DNA of 64,000 bases, taken from contig JANPEZ010000033.1 of NCBI GenBank assembly GCA_031423155.1, positions 30,125-94,124 on the forward strand, in the 5' to 3' direction. Made by a program: the position numbers and the translations under genes. This stretch comes from Actinomycetes bacterium. Lineage in GTDB: Bacteria > Actinomycetota > UBA4738 > HRBIN12. Below the pieces are notes generated by a model. The model was not told the DNA's origin, did not search any database, and saw only the letters and a list, made by a program, of their open reading frames with translations. Shown one piece after another: positions 37,739 through 46,639 of the stretch (position 1 is the first letter of the stretch; every line of letters begins with the position of its first letter).

Positions 37739-38701
37739 ATGGACCTGATGGCCCCCGGGCTCGAGCCCGGCCCGATAACTCGCGCCGACATCGAGGACGC
37801 TGCCGAGCGGATCCTCGGCAGGGTGCGGCGCACCCCGGTCCTGGATCTGGGTCCGTTCGCACTCGGCGGGATCCCCGGCGAGCTTGCCCTCAAGCTGGAA
37901 CTTCTTCAGTACACGGGCTCGTTCAAGCCTCGCGGCGCCTTCAACCGCATGCTCGCGGCCGAAGTCGGTCCCGAAGGCGTCATCGCAGCCAGCGGGGGAA
38001 ACTTCGGCCTAGCCGTCGCCTTCGCCGCCAGGGAACTCGGCCACCGCGCCCAGATCTTCGTCCCGGAGACCTCGCCGTCGGTGAAGATCGACATGATCCG
38101 GGCGCATGGAGCGGAGGTCACGGTGATCCCGGGCTATTACTCCGAAGCGGCGGCGGCTTGCGAGGAGCAGGCAATGACTTCCTCCGCGCTCTTCATGCAT
38201 CCGTTCGATCAGCCGGAAGTCGTGGCGGGCCAGGGGACCATCGCAAGGGAGCTGGCTGATCAGATCGCCGGGGTGGACACGGTCGTGGTCGCGGTCGGCG
38301 GTGGAGGGCTCATCGGCGGGATCGCCGCGTGGTTCGCCGGCGAGGTCAAGGTGATCGGCGTCGAACCAGAGCTGTCACCCACCCTATCTGCAGCCCTGAA
38401 AGCCGGGGGGCCGGTAGATGTAGAGGTGTCGGGCGTCGCGGCCGATTCGCTGGGGCCCCGGCGGGCCGGAATGATCGCCTACGAGATCTCCAAGCGCTTC
38501 GTCGACCGCGTGATAACGGTCAGCGACGAGGCGATCATGCAAGCCCAGCGAACGCTTTGGGAGGAGGTCCACCTGGTAGCCGAACCGGGAGCCGCGACCC
38601 CTCTTGCCGCCTTGCAGACCGCCGCCTACGACCCCGAGCCGGATGAGCGCGTTGTCGTGATCATCTGCGGAGCGAACACCGACCCTTCGAAGATCGCCTG
38701 A
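37739..38701 (+). CDS. PLP-dependent serine/threonine dehydratase family enzyme
   Basis: LQYTGSFKPRGAF (PLP-Lys) ... GGGGLIGGIAAW, fold-type II. Confidence 0.8.
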   Translation: MDLMAPGLEPGPITRADIEDAAERILGRVRRTPVLDLGPFALGGIPGELALKLELLQYTGSFKPRGAFNRMLAAEVGPEGVIAASGGNFGLAVAFAARELGHRAQIFVPETSPSVKIDMIRAHGAEVTVIPGYYSEAAAACEEQAMTSSALFMHPFDQPEVVAGQGTIARELADQIAGVDTVVVAVGGGGLIGGIAAWFAGEVKVIGVEPELSPTLSAALKAGGPVDVEVSGVAADSLGPRRAGMIAYEISKRFVDRVITVSDEAIMQAQRTLWEEVHLVAEPGAATPLAALQTAAYDPEPDERVVVIICGANTDPSKIA

Positions 38702-38707
38702 GGGGTT

Positions 38708-39631
38708 TCAGTCGACGTAGGTGAGCCAGTCTGTGTGTTTGTCGTTCTCGCCTTTGGTTGCGGCGAAGAAAGCGCCCTGCAGCTCTTTGGTGATCGGGCC
38801 GCGATGGCCCTCGCCGACCACGCGATCGTCGACCTCGCGGATCGGCGTGATCTCGGCCGCGGTTCCGGTGAAGAAGCACTCATCGGCGTTGTATAGATCG
38901 GTGCGGACCAGGTTCTCCTCGCGGACCGTGTAGCCGGCCTCGCGCGCCAAGGTGATAACCGTGTTGCGCGTGATGCCGTCCAGGCACCCGGCCTGGGTCG
39001 GCGGCGTGAACAGCACCCCTTCGCGAAGAACGAACACGTTCTCGCCCGAGCCGTCGGTGATCGTGCCCGCCTCGTTCAGCATGATGGCCTCGTCGTAACC
39101 GGCTTTCAGCGACTCGACCTTCGCCAGGACGCTGTTGATGTACTGACCCGATGCCTTCGCCCCGGCGGGAAGCGAGTTCTGCGAGTTCCGCCGCCAGCTC
39201 GAAACCTTGATGCGAACTCCCTGCTCCAGAGCGTCTTCGCCCAGGTAAGCGCCCCAAGCCCAGACGGCGATCGTCACGTTGATCGGCGCGTTGAGGGGGT
39301 TCACACCCATCTCTCCGTAGCCGCGGAACGCCAGCGGCCTCACGTAACAAGCGTTCAAGCCGTTCGCGCGGATCGTGTCCTTGGTCGCGTCGACGAGAGC
39401 CTCGTGCGAGTACGGAAGGTCCATGTGGTAGAGCTTGGCGCTACGCGCGAGCCTCCGGAGGTGCTCGTCCAGGTGCCAGACGGCCGGGCCGCGCGCGGTC
39501 TCATATGCACGGATGCCCTCGAAGACCCCGCTGCCGTAGTGCAGCGCGTGCGAGAGTACGTGGACGGTGGCGTCCTGCCAGTTAACCAGTTCTCCATCCA
39601 TCCAGATCTTCTCGACGGGCGTGATCGGCAC
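38708..39631 (-). CDS. ilvE: branched-chain amino acid aminotransferase
   Basis: KIWMDGELVNWQDATVHVLSHALHYGSGVFEGIRAY...EAGTITDGSGENVF. GTG start estimated by codon count; the longest ORF reaches 39733. Confidence 0.85.
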   Translation of the reverse strand: MPITPVEKIWMDGELVNWQDATVHVLSHALHYGSGVFEGIRAYETARGPAVWHLDEHLRRLARSAKLYHMDLPYSHEALVDATKDTIRANGLNACYVRPLAFRGYGEMGVNPLNAPINVTIAVWAWGAYLGEDALEQGVRIKVSSWRRNSQNSLPAGAKASGQYINSVLAKVESLKAGYDEAIMLNEAGTITDGSGENVFVLREGVLFTPPTQAGCLDGITRNTVITLAREAGYTVREENLVRTDLYNADECFFTGTAAEITPIREVDDRVVGEGHRGPITKELQGAFFAATKGENDKHTDWLTYVD

Positions 39632-39708
39632 CGAAGCCTCCTTCTCGAACGACCAGCGGGAACGCTCCCCACGGGTTCTACAGGATACCGAGGAGCGACG
39701 CCAGGCTG

Positions 39709-40488
39709 CTAGCCGACGTCGTACGCACGCCACGACATGGGTACGAGTGGGTCGAATGGTGCGTCGAAGTCCGGAAAGGTTCGCTCCGCCCAGGCCTTGA
39801 CTTCGGCTATAGCCGGCATGAGCTCTTCCGGAGGCACCCGCCAGGTCCAGCTGTAGAGCCGCTCCTCCAGTTCTGAGAAGTAGTCGCGGAGCGTAGTCCC
39901 GTTGTGGGACATGACTTCGCCAAGCTCACGGCGACGGGCGCCTGAGGCGGCGAAGGCTTCGTCCAGGGCTTCGGTCTGGTCCACCCAGTCGAGGCCGACC
40001 GGGCGAACCCGGTCGCCCAGAAGGTCGACGAACCGAAGCCACATCTCCTGCCAACGCCCCGTGAATCCCCCGGGTTCGGTCACGATGACTCCTCCCTCTC
40101 GGACAACCCGGCAGAGCTCGGCGACCGCGCCCATCCAGTCGGGGATGAGGTGAAGGACCCACCTGCAATAGGCTCCCGCGAAGGTCCCATCGCCGCAGGG
40201 GAGCCTCGTCGCGTCCGCCTGGATGAGCGGGAAAGGAAGCGTACCCCCCGCCTTCTCGACGAGCTTCGACATCATCGCGTTCGACAGATCCAGGCCAGCG
40301 AGACTGATGCCCTTAGCCGACAGCGGGAGAGCGATCGCTCCGGTTCCGACACCGATCTCCAAGATGCGGCCGGGCCCCGAGAACTCCTGCGCGAGTAGGT
40401 CGAGTACCTCGCCGAGGCTGCCAGGGTCCGTTACCCGCGTCCTGTCGTAGTACTCCGCGGCTCGGTCGAAGGACAGCGACTCGGTCAA
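39709..40488 (-). CDS. class I SAM-dependent methyltransferase
   Basis: ILEIGVGTGAIALPLS motif I. Probable TTG start overlapping the stop of the oxygenase-like gene (TTGA). Confidence 0.65.
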   Translation of the reverse strand: MTESLSFDRAAEYYDRTRVTDPGSLGEVLDLLAQEFSGPGRILEIGVGTGAIALPLSAKGISLAGLDLSNAMMSKLVEKAGGTLPFPLIQADATRLPCGDGTFAGAYCRWVLHLIPDWMGAVAELCRVVREGGVIVTEPGGFTGRWQEMWLRFVDLLGDRVRPVGLDWVDQTEALDEAFAASGARRRELGEVMSHNGTTLRDYFSELEERLYSWTWRVPPEELMPAIAEVKAWAERTFPDFDAPFDPLVPMSWRAYDVG

Positions 40489-41507
40489 GAACCGGATCCT
40501 GAACGCTGCGCGGCGAGCAACTCGTAGCGCGGGATCTTGGCGATGTCGGGCGTGCGCTCGGGGAGCGCGGGGCGGCCTTCCACGTAGCTGCGCGCGACCA
40601 TCTGCGTGAACATGTAGACACCGGCCTCCCAACCGGTCGAGAACCTGCCGGGCCTGTGCCCGCGCGAGGCGGCCGCGCGCTGGAGGGACTCGCACGCGCG
40701 CCAGTCCTCTCCGTTCGTGATGTCCCAGAAGTCGACCGCATAGGCCGGATCGAAGCCGGGGCGCGCGACCAACTCCGGAGGGAAGAGCCACTCACACTCG
40801 ATGTAGACGCGGTCGGCGGCCAGCGCCTCGATCCGGTGGGTCAGCACGTAATCCGGGTGAGGGCTGATGAGCAGGTTCGGCCAGACGCCGAAGTACCCCA
40901 CCTCGCGGAGCGCTCTGCCCGAGAGTCCGCGCAGAGGGATGCCGTGGGACTTGCCGTCCAGCGACATCGTCTCGACGTCGTCGCGAAGATCCATAGGGCC
41001 AGCGACGAACATGCCACGCTGATCGATCGAGTAGCCACTATCCGGCGGAGTCACTTTGCAAAGGGCCGGGTGGATCTCCGAGCAGTGGTAGCACTCCTGG
41101 TAGTTCTCGTGGATCAACTTCCAGTTGGCACGAACCTCGTAGGAGTGCCGGGCGCCGACCACCAGTCTCTCGGGCTCATAAGGGGCCAGGTGCTCGAACA
41201 GGTTTCCGAACTGCTCCTCGAACTCCAGGCCCTGGGACGTTCGCGAGAAGGTCCATCCGCCGGCTTCCCTCTGCCCCCGAGCGCGCCGGTGCAGCCCCGC
41301 GCGGCCAAGGCATACCCAGGAGCGCGCGAACAGATGCTCCCTCTCCCATTCGAAGACCTCGGCCGACGTATAGGTCCGAGAAGGCAGCGCGCGCGCTTCG
41401 CCGAAGGGGGCGAGGCTGCCCACGAGCACCTCGGGTCCGAGAGGGAACTCCTGCATCAGCACAGCATCGCGGACGAGCGCATGCCTAGCAACCCGCCCAC
41501 CCAGCAT
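40485..41507 (-). CDS. ring-hydroxylating oxygenase alpha-subunit homolog retaining the catalytic (mononuclear Fe) domain but lacking the Rieske [2Fe-2S] domain
   Basis: NWKLIHENYQECYHCSEIHPAL, the His-His Fe site. The N-terminus FARSWVCLGRAG is followed directly by the linker (LEFEEQFGNLFEHLAPYE), with no CxH...CxxH cluster ligands. Confidence 0.6.
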   Translation of the reverse strand: MLGGRVARHALVRDAVLMQEFPLGPEVLVGSLAPFGEARALPSRTYTSAEVFEWEREHLFARSWVCLGRAGLHRRARGQREAGGWTFSRTSQGLEFEEQFGNLFEHLAPYEPERLVVGARHSYEVRANWKLIHENYQECYHCSEIHPALCKVTPPDSGYSIDQRGMFVAGPMDLRDDVETMSLDGKSHGIPLRGLSGRALREVGYFGVWPNLLISPHPDYVLTHRIEALAADRVYIECEWLFPPELVARPGFDPAYAVDFWDITNGEDWRACESLQRAAASRGHRPGRFSTGWEAGVYMFTQMVARSYVEGRPALPERTPDIAKIPRYELLAAQRSGSGS

Positions 41508-41562
41508 GCGGGCGCCGGGACCGGAGAGCCCTTCTCTGCGTCTTCCTGCCCAGCCAGCCCGC

Positions 41563-42720
41563 CTAGCTCTTCGCCGGAATCTCCTTCTTCGGATCCAGGA
41601 ACGGCAATGCCGCCACCGTCGCCGTCATGGTTCCCGTCGGGGATCCGATCTGGATACGAGAGCCCTCCTCAGCCTTGGCGATCGGAACCCAGGCGAACCC
41701 CATGTTGAACTCCAAGCGTGGTGAGTATGAGGCACTGACGAGGTGGCCCACCTCCTCGCCGCCCTCGACGATCCGCCAGAAGTCCTCCAGCCACATCCCC
41801 AGGGGTTCTCCGTCGATCTTCACGCCAACGAGCTTCTTCGAGACACCCTCCGCACGGATCTTCTGCAGAGCCGCGCGCGAGACGAAGATGTTGTCGTTGT
41901 CGAGTTCGACGAGCCGCTCCAGGCCGGTGATCTCGAAGGGGTTGTTCGAGATGTCCATGTCGTTGCCGTAGTTGAAGATGCCGGCTTCCATGCGTCGCTG
42001 GTCGCTCGGGGCGATGGCGCGGATCTCGAACTCCTCGCCGGCGTCCATGATCTTGTCCCAGAGCTCCGCCGCCCGGCCGGAGTCGCGCAGATAGACCTCG
42101 TAACCGAGCTCGGCGCTCCAGCCGGTACGCGAGACGACTACGGGGATCCCGTCCAGTTCGACCTGCTTGCACCAGTAGTACTTCATGTCGGCGACCTCAT
42201 CGCCGAAGAGCTTGCGCACCAACGGCTTCGAAAGGGGCCCTTGGATCTGAAGCGGGGAGACGTCCGGCTCGCGGATCTGAACGTCCATGCCCGCGAAGGC
42301 CTGCACGCCAACCGCGTAGAGCAACGCATCCGAGTCGGCCAGACTCAGCCAGAAGTGATCCTCGGCAAGCTTGAGAAGGATGGGGTCGTTGACGATGCCA
42401 CCGTCGGGCGCGCAGATGAGCACGTACTTGCACTGCCCCGGCTGCGTCTGCGACAGATCCCGCGGGGTCAGCAGTTGGGTGAACTTCGCCGCGTCGGGCC
42501 CGACGATCTCGACCTGTCGCTCCACCGCGACGTCCCACAGCGTGACCTTCTCCACCAGGTGCCAGTACTCCTTGACGTCATCGTCGTAGAGCGTCGGGAT
42601 CAACATGTGGTTGTACAGATCCCAGCTCGTCGCGCCCGCCTCGACGGTCTTGTCGAAGTAGGGCGACTTCTTGTACCAACTCGCGAAGTAGAACGGGAAC
42701 GATCTGTTCTGCTCAGTCAT
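41563..42720 (-). CDS. aminomethyltransferase (GcvT/DmdA/LigM) family THF-dependent transferase
   Basis: 385 aa with the GcvT-family N-terminal pattern (SPYFDKTVEAGATSWDLYNHMLIPTLY...LWDVAVERQVEIVGPDAAKF). Confidence 0.7.
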   Translation of the reverse strand: MTEQNRSFPFYFASWYKKSPYFDKTVEAGATSWDLYNHMLIPTLYDDDVKEYWHLVEKVTLWDVAVERQVEIVGPDAAKFTQLLTPRDLSQTQPGQCKYVLICAPDGGIVNDPILLKLAEDHFWLSLADSDALLYAVGVQAFAGMDVQIREPDVSPLQIQGPLSKPLVRKLFGDEVADMKYYWCKQVELDGIPVVVSRTGWSAELGYEVYLRDSGRAAELWDKIMDAGEEFEIRAIAPSDQRRMEAGIFNYGNDMDISNNPFEITGLERLVELDNDNIFVSRAALQKIRAEGVSKKLVGVKIDGEPLGMWLEDFWRIVEGGEEVGHLVSASYSPRLEFNMGFAWVPIAKAEEGSRIQIGSPTGTMTATVAALPFLDPKKEIPAKS

Positions 42721-44339
42721 CGGGTTGCCTTCCCCTTCCGCGCCTTGAGCGCTCTGTCTTTCTTGATCTCCCGAACCGCGTTGTAGGCCGGGATGCCGCA
42801 GACTCCTCCGCCCGCGTGCGTCGCGGACGAGGCCTGGTACAAGCCCTTGATGGGCGTGCGATAGTTCGCGTAGCCCGGCACGGGGCGCATGTGGAACAGC
42901 TGCTCTGCGGACAGCTCGCCGTGGAAGATGTTTCCCCCGATGAGCCCCCACTCATGCTCCATGTCGTAGGGCCCGATCACCTGTCTGTGCAGAACGCTGG
43001 CGGCGAAGCCGGGAGCAAGCTCGTCATAGCCGGCGATGACCCGATCCGCGTAGGCGTCCAGTTCCTCGGCATGGGGCTTCTCGCTCCACTCGTGGGGCAC
43101 CCACTGTGTGAACAGCGAGATGATGTGGTGGCCCTCCGGCGCGAGCGACCGATCGTAGACAGTCGGGATCACACCGTCGCTGAAGGGTTGCGTCGCAGCC
43201 CTTCCGGCGCGGGCCTCCTCGAAGGCCTTCTCCAGGTAGGCGATCGAGTGAGCTAGCTCCACCCCTCCGGACAGGTCGGTGAGCTCGGGGTTCGACGTGA
43301 ACCGAGGAAGCTCGGACAAAGCGCAGTTGATCTTCACGACCCCAGAACGTGTCTTCCAGTTCTCGATATCCCGGACGAAGTCGGCGGGAAGCTCGCCGCG
43401 ATCGAGTTGCTTGAGGAACGTGATCTGAGGGTGGATAGCGGTGACGACTAGGGGCGCATCGATCTCTTCGCCGCCTTCCAGGACCACGCCCGTCGCCCGA
43501 CCCCCGGCGGTCTTGATCTTGGCGACGCGGGCATGCGTGCGCACTTCGCAGCCGAACGTCCTAGCGCTCGCGGCGCAGGCATCCGACACGGCCCCCATGC
43601 CGCCTTCGGGAACCGCCCAAGACCCGAGATGGCCGTCGCCCACATCGCCGATCGAGTGGTGAGCCATCACGTACCCCGTCCCCGGCTCGTAAGGGCCGGC
43701 CCAGGTCCCTATCAACCCGTTCAGAGCCATGACGGTCTTGACCTGGTCCGATTCGAAGAACCGGTCGAGGATGTCGACGATGCTCATGGTCATCAGCCTC
43801 GTGACGTCGCCGATCTTCTTGACGTCCAGACCGCGGAACCTCCAGGCCAGCTTCAGCTGTTCGAAGAGATCGCCCGGACGCTTGGAGCCGATCGTCGGAG
43901 GAGTCGTCATCATCAAGGGACCGAGGACTTCCGCCAGACCGCCTATCCATGCGTCCCACTGCGCGATCGCGTCCGCATCCTTCTTGGAGAACTGCGCGAA
44001 CGATGCGTAGTTCTTGGCCGCATCGTCGTCGTACTGGACGATGCACCGGCCGTCGGGGAACGGAAGGAAGTAGGGCCCTACCGGGTGAGCCCTGTACCCG
44101 TGCTGCTCCAGCTTGAGATCGCGGATGATCGTGTCGGGCATCAGGCTCATCACGTAGCTGAGCGTGGTGACCTGGTACTCGGGGGCCTCGGGCCAAGGCG
44201 CGTCGGTTGCGGCGGCGCCTCCGACCTTGTGGCGAGCCTCCAGAACGATGGTGCGAGCGCCCGCCCTCGCCAGATACGCGCCCGCAACCAAGCCGTTGTG
44301 GCCCCCGCCGATCACGACCGCGTCGTAGCGATTCGACAT
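42717..44339 (-). CDS. FAD/NAD(P)-binding oxidoreductase, phytoene-desaturase/amine-oxidase superfamily
   Basis: MSNRYDAVVIGGGHNGLVAGAYLARAG, a Rossmann dinucleotide-binding motif. 540 aa. 4-nt overlap with the GcvT-like gene. Confidence 0.8.
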   Translation of the reverse strand: MSNRYDAVVIGGGHNGLVAGAYLARAGARTIVLEARHKVGGAAATDAPWPEAPEYQVTTLSYVMSLMPDTIIRDLKLEQHGYRAHPVGPYFLPFPDGRCIVQYDDDAAKNYASFAQFSKKDADAIAQWDAWIGGLAEVLGPLMMTTPPTIGSKRPGDLFEQLKLAWRFRGLDVKKIGDVTRLMTMSIVDILDRFFESDQVKTVMALNGLIGTWAGPYEPGTGYVMAHHSIGDVGDGHLGSWAVPEGGMGAVSDACAASARTFGCEVRTHARVAKIKTAGGRATGVVLEGGEEIDAPLVVTAIHPQITFLKQLDRGELPADFVRDIENWKTRSGVVKINCALSELPRFTSNPELTDLSGGVELAHSIAYLEKAFEEARAGRAATQPFSDGVIPTVYDRSLAPEGHHIISLFTQWVPHEWSEKPHAEELDAYADRVIAGYDELAPGFAASVLHRQVIGPYDMEHEWGLIGGNIFHGELSAEQLFHMRPVPGYANYRTPIKGLYQASSATHAGGGVCGIPAYNAVREIKKDRALKARKGKATR

Positions 44340-44391
44340 GGCTGCCTTCTCCCTGACCGGTGCTCACCGGTCGTCGGATGGCACCGTACTA

Positions 44392-44407
44392 CTGAATGGC
44401 TATTCAG
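44392..44407. promoter_or_regulatory. 16-bp palindromic operator-like site CTGAATGGCTATTCAG, copy 1
   Basis: Near-perfect inverted repeat, 53 nt upstream of the oxidoreductase start codon. Confidence 0.4.
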
Positions 44408-44469
44408 TTCAAGTCGCGGTGTCCTGAACGGCACACAGGAGAACGCGCCTGTCAGGGGCACGATGCCGC

Positions 44470-44485
44470 CTGAGTGGCTATTCAG
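44470..44485. promoter_or_regulatory. palindromic operator-like site CTGAGTGGCTATTCAG, copy 2
   Basis: Second copy 78 bp from copy 1. Overlaps the 3' end of the MFS gene. Confidence 0.35.
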
Positions 44486-45716
44486 GAAGTTCGGCTCGCA
44501 GCCGCCGGGATTCCTCCCGCAGCGGGCCGAAGAGGATCATCAGACCCAACCCCGCACTCACCCCGGCGAGGGCGTAGGCCCATCGGGGTCCAACGGCTTC
44601 GATCAAGATCCCGGCGAAAGCGAACGAACAGGCCAGCGCCAACAGAACCGCGGCCTCCGTCGCACCCATGACCCGGCTGCGGACCTCATCCGGCGTGCGA
44701 CGTTGCACGATCGCCTGCTCGCCGACGCTTCCGAAGCCATCGCCGGCACCGGCTATCCCGAGGACGGCAACCGCTACACCTAGTACCGGGGCCACCGCCA
44801 CCAGGGCGAGTCCGACCGCCACGAAGGCCACTCCCCCGATCACGGCGTTCGCCTCGCCGCGCGCTCGGAGCCACCTTTGAGCGATCAACGCCCCTAGCGC
44901 AGCCCCACCCGCCCATCCCGCGGACAGAAGGCCGTACCCGAACGAACCGGCGTGGAACGCTTCTGCCAAGGCGACCTCGGCGACGATAGTCGTTCCGGCG
45001 CCGAGCAGCAGGACGACCCAGCCTATGGTCATCGACCGAAGGAGCCGGTCCTTCCACAGGTAGACGAACCCCGCACGGATCCCGCGGAACTCCTCCGCCC
45101 GCTCTCGGTCGCCGTTGAAACGGCCCCCGGTCGTCCCGATGAGCCATGCCGAGACCAGGAACGAGATCGCGTTGAGGCCGAAGACCACGTAGCCGGCCAG
45201 ACGAAGCTGAGGAACGGTGCTGGCCGGTGCCATCAGTGCAACGACGCCTCCTCCGATGATCGGACCGACGAACTGCCCCAGGTTGCGGCTGAAGGAGACC
45301 GCTCCGTTCGCCCAGGTCAGATCGTCTTCTTCGACCAGGTTGGGCAGGGCAGCCGCCGAGACCGCCCAGATCGGCGACTCGACCGCGGCGGTGACGAAGG
45401 CCATGGCCAGGAGCTGGCCCGGTGTTCGCATGAAGGCAAGAGCGACGAACCCGGCGGCTCCGACGATGTCGGTGATCACCAGAAGTCGCTTTCGGTCGTA
45501 GCGGTCCCCGAGAGCGCTGGCCAGGGGCGAGAGGAGCCCTTGAACCCCGAACGTCAGCAGGAAGGTCCAAGCGACCCAGGTCGAGGACTTGTCCGTGATG
45601 TGGAACATGATGTAGGCGAGAGCCACCCAGGCGCCGCCGCTGCCGGAAAGTGAGATCAGGCGCGCGGCGGCAACGCGATGGACATCCGAGCGTTGGTTTC
45701 TAACCGAGGAACTCAT
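44478..45716 (-). CDS. MFS transporter
   Basis: 412 aa, 12 predicted TM helices. Confidence 0.8.
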   Translation of the reverse strand: MSSSVRNQRSDVHRVAAARLISLSGSGGAWVALAYIMFHITDKSSTWVAWTFLLTFGVQGLLSPLASALGDRYDRKRLLVITDIVGAAGFVALAFMRTPGQLLAMAFVTAAVESPIWAVSAAALPNLVEEDDLTWANGAVSFSRNLGQFVGPIIGGGVVALMAPASTVPQLRLAGYVVFGLNAISFLVSAWLIGTTGGRFNGDRERAEEFRGIRAGFVYLWKDRLLRSMTIGWVVLLLGAGTTIVAEVALAEAFHAGSFGYGLLSAGWAGGAALGALIAQRWLRARGEANAVIGGVAFVAVGLALVAVAPVLGVAVAVLGIAGAGDGFGSVGEQAIVQRRTPDEVRSRVMGATEAAVLLALACSFAFAGILIEAVGPRWAYALAGVSAGLGLMILFGPLREESRRLRAELPE

Positions 45717-45861
45717 GAGCGGGACTCCTGATGGAAGCGGACGGGCGGTGCGACGAAGGGGCGAGGCGTAACGCGGGGGTGCGCGTCAGAACGCTGAAGC
45801 GCTCCCGTTCGTCATAAGTGTCCGTTTCATCACCCGACTACCCTAGCACTCAGAGCCAGGC

Positions 45862-46596
45862 TCAGCGACCGATAAGCTTCTCTCGCCAACTCGTGACGAC
45901 CGCCTCAACGGCGACTCGCGTCTGGGCCTCGGCATCGTCCAGGGAGCTCGCACGCACCTGCGCGACTCCGTAGATGCCGTCCTTCTCCCAGAAGCATGTG
46001 TCGGTTATCCAGGTCGGCCCCTTCGCGTAGCAATCGAGGCTCACGCCCCCCGCGGTAGTCATGCGGCCACCCTCGGCCGACGCGCCGAGCGTTTGCTCGA
46101 AGGCTGTGAGCGAGGTGACAGACGATCCCTCGAAGGTCGTGATGATCAAGGTTTTCTGGCTCGGTGGCACGCCGTAGATGCCGGTCTGAACCGTCGCCCC
46201 CGCGAAGTTGGACTGATCCGCGCGCGTGATCTCGTCCGAGTTGTTCTTGCTCTCCAGATCCGTGAATCGGGTCCGTTGCCCGATCTCGTCAGGCAGCTGA
46301 GCCATAGGCCGGCCGGTGACCCACCACAGCCCGTACCCGATCCCTGCCAACATAACCACGAAAGTGATCAGAGCGCTGATCCAGTTCCTGTTCTTGGCCG
46401 CCTGCACCTGCGGCCTGTACGTGTAACCGGCTCCGTGCGTCGCGATCGTCGGACCTTCCCACCCCGTCGAGCGCGGCGAAGGCTCGCTCCCCCCCGCACT
46501 CGGGGGCATGGGGGCCGAACAGCTCCAACAACTCAGGGAGGTCAGGGAGTTGGCGGCGCCGCACCGGGCACACGGGATCATCGTCCCGGCTGTCAT
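45862..46596 (-). CDS. membrane protein with N-terminal zinc-ribbon (CxxC...CxxC), one TM helix and an extracytoplasmic domain
   Basis: MIPCARCGAANSLTSLSCWSC...WISALITFVVMLAGIGYGLWWV... Confidence 0.5.
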   Translation of the reverse strand: MTAGTMIPCARCGAANSLTSLSCWSCSAPMPPSAGGSEPSPRSTGWEGPTIATHGAGYTYRPQVQAAKNRNWISALITFVVMLAGIGYGLWWVTGRPMAQLPDEIGQRTRFTDLESKNNSDEITRADQSNFAGATVQTGIYGVPPSQKTLIITTFEGSSVTSLTAFEQTLGASAEGGRMTTAGGVSLDCYAKGPTWITDTCFWEKDGIYGVAQVRASSLDDAEAQTRVAVEAVVTSWREKLIGR

Positions 46597-46639
46597 AGGG
46601 ATAGTCTCGGCGACGCTTAGTACCGTCTTTAGGCGGGCG

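Noticed and set aside
41743-44783. Plus-strand ORFs 41743..42786 (347 aa) and 43533..44783 (416 aa), and minus-strand ORF 43561..44367 (268 aa)
   Set aside because: Alternative frames of the GcvT-like and FAD-oxidoreductase genes. Compositionally biased, with no motifs.
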